DNA of 64,000 nucleotides from a virus (Duplodnaviria; Heunggongvirae; Uroviricota; Caudoviricetes): IMG/VR virus record IMGVR_UViG_3300045988_151230; one strand, 5' to 3'. Shown piece by piece: positions 58,299 to 64,000 of this stretch (position 1 is its first letter; each line of letters starts with the position of its first letter). The notes under the pieces were generated by a model. It saw only the letters and a program-made list of their open reading frames with translations, ran no database searches and was not told where the DNA came from. The position numbers and the translations under genes were made by a program.

Positions 58299-59048
58299 TT
58301 AATTAGATAGGGGATCAATAAACCGCCGTGCTTCTTCCAGTTCTTCTGGAAAGTGGGCGGAAATAAGGCGCTCTGGAACGATTTCCATTAGCCAGATAGC
58401 GGAGAAAATTGCGCGTATGCGCTTACTGCGAGGGATGGTGCGCAAACGCTCCAGAATCCACTCAAAATAGCTTTCCTGAATCGGGTTGAACTGCATGTCT
58501 CCCATATACTTAAAGCTAACCAGAGAGTCATCCAGACGGGTTGTTGCGCGTCTGGCTAATTTCTCTTCAAATATCTCAATCAGTTCTGGCTGCCATAAAT
58601 GCTGTGGGCGCGGCAGCTTGTCCCACAGCCGTCGTGCAGCTGCGGAAAGAACGGTGGAGATAAAGTAGTCGTATGAGCAGCAATAGCGGTCAGCAAACTG
58701 GCGTGCTTTCCATAGAGACGTTTTATTGGCAGTCGACAACTCCTGATAAGGCAGGCGTTTTAACCCGGTGGTGAACGGAGCTGTTTCAAAGTGTTCGCGA
58801 CCGTGCGTCAGCATGATATTTGAGTACTGACGTTTGTATGCCTCCGTAAACAGACAGGTGGCCATAAGAGGATGCATGTCGCGGTAATCAAACCACTTCG
58901 TCTCGAAGAGTTCAGCCTCATCTTTACAGCGCGACAAACCAATGTTTTCAGCGACCCACTTGTCCATAACAGCGGTATTCCACTCTGTCATGAAGTCGTA
59001 CTGGTCGTTGTCGATGGTATCGAAAAAGATTTGGCTCATGTGGCTCAC
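58299..59048 (-). CDS. hypothetical protein, possible helicase-associated factor
   Basis: 249-aa ORF directly upstream of the helicase gene; function inferred from position only. Confidence 0.4.
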   Translation of the reverse strand: MSHMSQIFFDTIDNDQYDFMTEWNTAVMDKWVAENIGLSRCKDEAELFETKWFDYRDMHPLMATCLFTEAYKRQYSNIMLTHGREHFETAPFTTGLKRLPYQELSTANKTSLWKARQFADRYCCSYDYFISTVLSAAARRLWDKLPRPQHLWQPELIEIFEEKLARRATTRLDDSLVSFKYMGDMQFNPIQESYFEWILERLRTIPRSKRIRAIFSAIWLMEIVPERLISAHFPEELEEARRFIDPLSN

Positions 59049-59328
59049 CTGGTAGGTAGTTACTTACTTATCACAATGAGCGGATGATAGCGACTGGTGG
59101 CAGTTTTTGGAAGTGAAAACGGAAGGGAGTTGTTCTGGTGGTGTCTTTTAAAAGACCTGCTTCCGTATATATTTAATAAGTTACTTATTATTTATATACA
59201 GAAACAGGCTCCTAATGGATACCAAGAACAACATAATTTGACTCCAACCCCAGATGCTATGTCATTGACAGATTTATCAAGGGAGATCATGTTAGAATCA
59301 GTGTTTTAGCCTCGTGGATATTGTCACC

Positions 59329-60387
59329 ATGCGCATGAATAGACTTCCAGGATATGGCCTTCCCGAACTGGCTTTTTGGCCTCAGCCTAAATATGAACGG
59401 AATAAATGGTCGATGTTCTGTCTGAAACTCCGTAATGATGGAACCCTTGCTTGGTATCGGCGATATGTTGATCGTGGTATGCCAAACCACGCTTTTGATG
59501 ACGACTACGATAACTATCCTGAAGCAAGAAAAGCGGCATTAGAGCTGAATAAAAACGTGAGCTTTGACATTGAAAAACTTCCTCTATCTATGTTTCAAAA
59601 GAAGTCATTGCGTTTGAAAGTTGACAAAGCACTCAAAGCCAAATCACGTCTCATGGATGAAGAGCATATAATGCTCAACGAAGCAATTAAGGCACACGCC
59701 AACGATCCGCGAGTGACATTAAATGAGTTAATAATTAACCCAGATTACGAAACTTTGCGTCAACCCCTTTTTGACGTGCTAAGCGAGATGCCTTACTTAC
59801 ATTTTGTTTTTCTTCCCAAATTCCAAGTTTCACTTCAACTCGTTGCTCCTAACACTTGGGAATGTTCATATAACAACAAAGCTAAGACAGCGAAGATCTG
59901 CTACCAAGAACGCATAGCCAGAGGTTTTGGTTTATCAGGTGCTGCACATTGGGGAAAAACAAAAGCGACTATTCGCTCAATGCTTCTGCCGCGTGCTAAC
60001 CGGTTACTGCAACTCGCCAGCGTAAAAAGAATGCTGGATGAAGCTCTCAGGAATGGGCAAAAGGTACTGGTTGTTGGCAACTTTGTTTTCTGGTTTGAGG
60101 ACAAAAATCAGGTAGGTTGGAGTGTTAAAGTTGCTAGCGAAAGCGAAACCACCTCAAGAGGCAATACGCTCTGGAAAGAAGGAACTATCATTTCAAAAAA
60201 TCACGGTCGAATTGTCGTGCTGCCGTATACAAAAGAAAACGGTAAACATGTAAAAGGTTATACCAAGAATGCCCCTAACGACGGCAACGCAATTCCGAGA
60301 CATAAGGATGAGTATGTCGAGTTGCCCTTTGAAATTTTGGATGGTGACTTGATGTTCAGTCTGTTCGGTGAGCTTAACTACGAATAG
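59329..60387 (+). CDS. hypothetical protein, lone plus-strand gene
   Basis: About 350-aa ORF with no competing minus-strand ORF; start taken at the first ATG (track start is GTG at 59314). Confidence 0.45.
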   Translation: MRMNRLPGYGLPELAFWPQPKYERNKWSMFCLKLRNDGTLAWYRRYVDRGMPNHAFDDDYDNYPEARKAALELNKNVSFDIEKLPLSMFQKKSLRLKVDKALKAKSRLMDEEHIMLNEAIKAHANDPRVTLNELIINPDYETLRQPLFDVLSEMPYLHFVFLPKFQVSLQLVAPNTWECSYNNKAKTAKICYQERIARGFGLSGAAHWGKTKATIRSMLLPRANRLLQLASVKRMLDEALRNGQKVLVVGNFVFWFEDKNQVGWSVKVASESETTSRGNTLWKEGTIISKNHGRIVVLPYTKENGKHVKGYTKNAPNDGNAIPRHKDEYVELPFEILDGDLMFSLFGELNYE

Positions 60388-60447
60388 CTTTCATAGAACG
60401 AAATATTTCTAAGGCTGTCCAATGCAGACCAGCCTTAGAGATTTATA

Positions 60448-60807
60448 TCAACCTTTCTTCATTAACTCGCGTTTAATTTCATCGGTACGCATCGTGACAT
60501 CGGCAGCGGTGATCGCCTCATTCAATTTCACGATGTCCTCGATTTCCTGCGGTGACTTCTCTGCCAGATGGAAAATGGCTGCTCGAATCACGTCAGAACG
60601 AGTGAACTTCTCGAAGCGAGGGATGAACTTCATCATCTCCAGCAGTTCGAAGTATTCGTCCTCCAGTGACATTGTGCGGCTTTTAATTTTCTCTTTGCCA
60701 CGAGTCGGGCGTCCCTGTGGTCTGACTGGTTGGCGCAAAGGAGTTGTGTTCTTAGCCGGTGCATCAGGCTCTTTGCGCTTTGCTAGGTCACCCATTTTCA
60801 TGGACAT
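60448..60807 (-). CDS. small basic partition protein (ParB/ParG-like partner of ParA)
   Basis: 119-aa ORF with basic, probably disordered N-terminus, coupled downstream of parA. Confidence 0.5.
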   Translation of the reverse strand: MSMKMGDLAKRKEPDAPAKNTTPLRQPVRPQGRPTRGKEKIKSRTMSLEDEYFELLEMMKFIPRFEKFTRSDVIRAAIFHLAEKSPQEIEDIVKLNEAITAADVTMRTDEIKRELMKKG

Positions 60808-61475
60808 TATTCTTCTTCCTCCAGACTCAACAGATAATCTACAAATTCTTCAAACTCGGCTTCCGCCTTTTTGTCGCGCTCGCTACCGGTCATTTCAAAG
60901 ATAGAACGACCAGACTCTTCCGCATCATCATAGACGTTGCGGTTATATAGATTGACTGGCGCAGACTCGATGCCAAACGTCTCAACAATCTCTTTAGCCG
61001 CCAGAATGCGAGACACTTGTGATGGCAAAGCCGGGCACTGGTTCATGACCGCGCGGACCTTCACTTTATCGTTTACATTGCGAACATTGTCGATAATAGG
61101 ATCGATGTCACGTAAAGATTTCAAATCACGACGCTTAGGACGCAGCGGGATAATGATAACGTCAGCCATCAGCATCGCTTGTCGCTGAATTTCGGAGTCG
61201 AAGCCACCAGCATCTACCACTACAAACTCAGCTCTACCCTGAAGCGATTTTAGGTGCTTAATGATGTCATCCTGAACGTATGCAAAAGGAATCAGCTCAA
61301 GGTCTTCGTTCTGTCGACGGTCTTCACACCAGCTTGTTGTCGTGCGCTGAATATCTATATCAGTGATATAAACCTTCTTCTTCTTTTTGACTTTCAGGCA
61401 AACGGCAATTTGCTGGGCAACGGTGGATTTGCCAGGCCCGCCCTTTGTGCCGCCAACCACAAAGATCTTGGTCAT
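60807..61475 (-). CDS. parA: ParA-family partition ATPase
   Basis: Deviant Walker A GGTKGGPGKST; 222 aa; acidic C-terminus. Confidence 0.8.
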   Translation of the reverse strand: MTKIFVVGGTKGGPGKSTVAQQIAVCLKVKKKKKVYITDIDIQRTTTSWCEDRRQNEDLELIPFAYVQDDIIKHLKSLQGRAEFVVVDAGGFDSEIQRQAMLMADVIIIPLRPKRRDLKSLRDIDPIIDNVRNVNDKVKVRAVMNQCPALPSQVSRILAAKEIVETFGIESAPVNLYNRNVYDDAEESGRSIFEMTGSERDKKAEAEFEEFVDYLLSLEEEE

Positions 61476-61508
61476 TGGAGAGTTCCCTTTGCGTATATAA
61501 TTATCGTC

Positions 61509-61528
61509 TGAAACAACTTGTTTTCTTA
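61509..61528. promoter_or_regulatory. recurring near-palindromic motif TGAAACAACTTGTTTTCTTA
   Basis: 34 bp upstream of the parA start; may also act as a partition-operon operator. Confidence 0.45.
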
Positions 61529-61625
61529 TATGTGATATAGCCTAAATGCCTACGGCTGTGGTGTAAAGGTTAAATGGTAGGTGCTGCCTTAGAATTTTTA
61601 GGCGAGAATCAATGGCTGTTAACAA

Positions 61626-61655
61626 AAAAGGCGACCAAAGTCGCCTGATTTTTAA
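61626..61655 (-). terminator. intrinsic terminator (AGGCGAC-caaa-GTCGCCT followed by a T-run on the minus strand)
   Basis: Hairpin overlapping the stop of the 61652-62404 ORF. Confidence 0.5.
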
Positions 61656-62404
61656 TCTTTTAGGTATAAACCTACTGGAGTTCTTGTTTTGCGGGAGATG
61701 ATAAGTACGATAAATTTCTGAACGTTAACTTGCACTTTGTTTGGGAGCCAAGAGCTTAACTCTGCATCAAGCAACAATCCTCTGTTCCACGGCAAAAATC
61801 CGGTTTCTTTCCCCATCCCGTACTCACCTAACACATCCTCGAACGTTTCTGTTTTGGCATTGTATATACGCACATCGCCGGTTCGCATGAGAGGCCCTGC
61901 CCAGATCTTAGCACCAGGAATGGTTTGTGTATCGTCGCAGACTAAATGCTCATACCAATGAAGAAGAAAGAGATAGGTACGGTGACACAATCCTCGCTGA
62001 CGACGCTCTCTGACAGTTTCGACACCGGCTACCTGGTAACATTCGATCTCATTACCGTCTTCAACAAAACTATATTCACGCAGAGCTATCCTACCAGCGA
62101 TCGTATTTTTGTTTTCGTCCAGAAGCCCGGACTGGAGCACCTCTTTGATAATCTCTTCTTCAGGGGCATCTTCATCCGCTCGATCTAAGATGAATTCGCT
62201 CAGGTCGCCTTGGTCGCGCGCACCTACAAGTTCCATAGAGACATACAGGCAAATGTCATCTTCTGGTTCAATGATTTCAATTTCTGAGATTTTATAGAGG
62301 GAGGCTTCATTGATAAGAAAGCCAAAACGAACAACACGAGTCTCCCCTTTATGAGGAAACTCGCTTAGATCTTTTGAATATGCGCTATCTAGTGTAGGAG
62401 CCAT
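61652..62404 (-). CDS. hypothetical protein
   Basis: 250-aa ORF. Confidence 0.45.
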   Translation of the reverse strand: MAPTLDSAYSKDLSEFPHKGETRVVRFGFLINEASLYKISEIEIIEPEDDICLYVSMELVGARDQGDLSEFILDRADEDAPEEEIIKEVLQSGLLDENKNTIAGRIALREYSFVEDGNEIECYQVAGVETVRERRQRGLCHRTYLFLLHWYEHLVCDDTQTIPGAKIWAGPLMRTGDVRIYNAKTETFEDVLGEYGMGKETGFLPWNRGLLLDAELSSWLPNKVQVNVQKFIVLIISRKTRTPVGLYLKD

Positions 62405-62772
62405 TTTGTAGCAGAATCATCAGCCTTAACCGTGCTGACAATGCTACCATGATTGCGTAAGAAGCGGCGAATAGAATGTTCAATAACCTCCGAAAAAGCC
62501 TCGATAAAACGAGACAGCTCAGGGTACTGTTTAGCTGGCTTGACTACAAAACGAACACGACCATTCAGGTAAATTGCTTCAGCTAATGGCTTCACGCTTG
62601 CACCAGCGCGCTCAACATCGTCTTTGAAGGTAACGATGAAGCGTGAGTCTTCCGGTTCAATAGCGTCATTATTGAGCTTACGTACTTCAAGCTTGTGCTG
62701 ATTCAGCACATGAGTCTCGATAATACTCGTGCAATCGCGAATAGTTTGTATAGAACGTTTCTCGTTCAGCAT
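62389..62772 (-). CDS. hypothetical protein
   Basis: 127-aa ORF. Confidence 0.4.
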   Translation of the reverse strand: MLNEKRSIQTIRDCTSIIETHVLNQHKLEVRKLNNDAIEPEDSRFIVTFKDDVERAGASVKPLAEAIYLNGRVRFVVKPAKQYPELSRFIEAFSEVIEHSIRRFLRNHGSIVSTVKADDSATKWLLH

Positions 62773-62996
62773 GTGTCCACCTTAGCCGTTAACACAAGTG
62801 TCATTGCGGCACCCCTCTCGGGGTTGAAGGCTACGAGGATGCGTAGCCTGTATGTGCCCACTTACGTGGATGCCTAATAAATCTACATCAAATTACTAAA
62901 TGATTCAACATGAGCTTGAGTGAACAGGCGTGTATATGAGTGAAGATGCCATCTTTAGGATAAAAGGTAAACTGAGACCACTCATCAATCATCGAC

Positions 62997-63233
62997 TCAG
63001 TTCAGGTGCCCCCACTCACACAGCCTTTCACCTATCGTATTGTGGATAAGCAACTGTCGCTCCGTTTCCTCAGTCATAAAATCCTCTCTACTCACATAAA
63101 TAGGATTTGCAGCATCGCAGAATAGCACGCCTGGAGCCTGCGTCTTAATCACGCACCCATTTATCAAACAGCTCGCGATGAACACCAGAGGCATCTTTTT
63201 GCCGCACTTCATTAACCGTTTCATTTTTGACAT
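62997..63233 (-). CDS. possible o-spanin (Rz1-like lipoprotein), overlapping the i-spanin in another frame
   Basis: Signal peptide with lipobox FIASC; starts inside the Rz-like gene and extends past its stop. Confidence 0.4.
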   Translation of the reverse strand: MSKMKRLMKCGKKMPLVFIASCLINGCVIKTQAPGVLFCDAANPIYVSREDFMTEETERQLLIHNTIGERLCEWGHLN

Positions 63234-63396
63234 CCACTGTGCTTTGAAGTCGTTTTCTGTCTTCCTGTTTTGCCTTCTCTTCCATTGCTCGTCGCGCCGC
63301 ATTCCCGCCCATCGTGTAAGCGCCGACAAGAACGAAAAGAACGGCAGCCAGCGTAATCAAAGCAACTTTTAGCTTTGTCATCAGGCTGCCTAGCAT
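63145..63396 (-). CDS. possible i-spanin (Rz-like)
   Basis: N-terminal TM helix KVALITLAAVLFVLVGAY followed by a charged periplasmic segment. Confidence 0.45.
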   Translation of the reverse strand: MLGSLMTKLKVALITLAAVLFVLVGAYTMGGNAARRAMEEKAKQEDRKRLQSTVDVKNETVNEVRQKDASGVHRELFDKWVRD

Positions 63397-63397
63397 A

Positions 63398-63949
63398 TTA
63401 GACCATCCCTTTCTGGTGTTTTCTTACCTGCGACCAGGCAATGAATCCTGCCACAACAATAGTGGCAATACCGAAGATGATGCGTACTGTATCCCCGCTA
63501 GAGATATGACCTTGTGCTCTATCCATAGCAGCGGAAACCTGCGGCATAACATCGGCCAGCTGCGCCAGACCAATACCTGCTGTAACAGTTGCGCCTGCGG
63601 TTTCTTTAGTTACAGGAACAGCCTTCACGGTTTTCACCGGCTTAACAACGCCAGCTCGACGCAGACCTTCCTCAATAACTTCTGCCGCATACCAGGTGTT
63701 CAGCGTTTTTAGCGGGCCTCGGCCATTCTCGTGGCGAATGATTGCCTCAACCAAAGGTCGAAGGATGTCGTAATCATGCAGATCGATGATCATGTCTGCG
63801 GTTACACCAACGGCTTTAGACACCTCATTAATGTAGGCGTCAGTATTGTTTTCATTCGGCGGTGCCCAACGTTCAATAACTTCACGAATGGTATCGATAC
63901 TTGAGCCGTCTTTTGCGCGACGTTTGTCGTGGTAGGTAATTAGAGTCAC
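63398..63949 (-). CDS. hypothetical lysis-cassette protein with C-terminal TM segment
   Basis: 183-aa ORF directly upstream of the spanin pair; C-terminal IIFGIATIVVAGFIAWSQV hydrophobic helix. Confidence 0.35.
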   Translation of the reverse strand: MTLITYHDKRRAKDGSSIDTIREVIERWAPPNENNTDAYINEVSKAVGVTADMIIDLHDYDILRPLVEAIIRHENGRGPLKTLNTWYAAEVIEEGLRRAGVVKPVKTVKAVPVTKETAGATVTAGIGLAQLADVMPQVSAAMDRAQGHISSGDTVRIIFGIATIVVAGFIAWSQVRKHQKGMV

Positions 63950-64000
63950 CGCCAGCGCACGAATCCCCCAAACAGGGTCTTTAAACGTGCAAAAGCGCGG

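Noticed and set aside
61360-61400. Lysine-codon run (KVKKKKKV) in parA as a slippage or phase-variation tract
   Set aside because: The run is mixed AAA/AAG codons rather than a homopolymer, so slippage is unlikely.

Overview
The window is a junction between an enterobacterial chromosome and a large phage-plasmid-like element. Positions 1-1600 hold the 5' end of metG (minus strand, runs off the window) and a complete divergent mrp/apbC gene. From about 1.6 kb to the window end, almost every gene is on the minus strand and tightly packed. That part encodes a self-contained DNA replication and dNTP-synthesis module: class Ia ribonucleotide reductase nrdA/nrdB, a glutaredoxin, thymidylate synthase, DHFR, MazG-like and P-loop nucleotide enzymes, a DnaE-type polymerase with a separate DnaQ-like proofreading exonuclease, DnaB-like helicase, primase, ATP-dependent ligase, gp32-like SSB, RNase HI, a 5'-3' flap nuclease, SbcCD, a RuvC-like resolvase and a RecA split by an intein. 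It also carries plasmid-maintenance functions: an iteron-flanked repA with DnaA boxes and a GATC cluster, a parA/small-parB pair, and a tyrosine recombinase next to a lox-like palindrome. There are four tRNA genes (Ser, Thr, Tyr, Asn), a spanin pair at the right edge, two orphan N6-adenine methyltransferases, and an IS4-family insertion sequence between nrdA and nrdB. The gene content resembles SSU5/pHCM2-type phage-plasmids with a P1-like replicon layout; this is my recollection of those families, not a database result. Many ORFs have no recognisable function. Candidate accessory modules are a CobS/MoxR-like AAA+ ATPase with a vWA partner, an SPFH lipoprotein with a small membrane partner, a TerB-like protein with small membrane proteins, and an HNH nuclease with a lipoprotein. 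None matches a defence system I can name, so I cannot single out one as the novel system. Three families of recurring non-coding motifs suggest an element-wide regulatory code. All calls come from reading the sequence and the supplied ORF translations; no searches were run.
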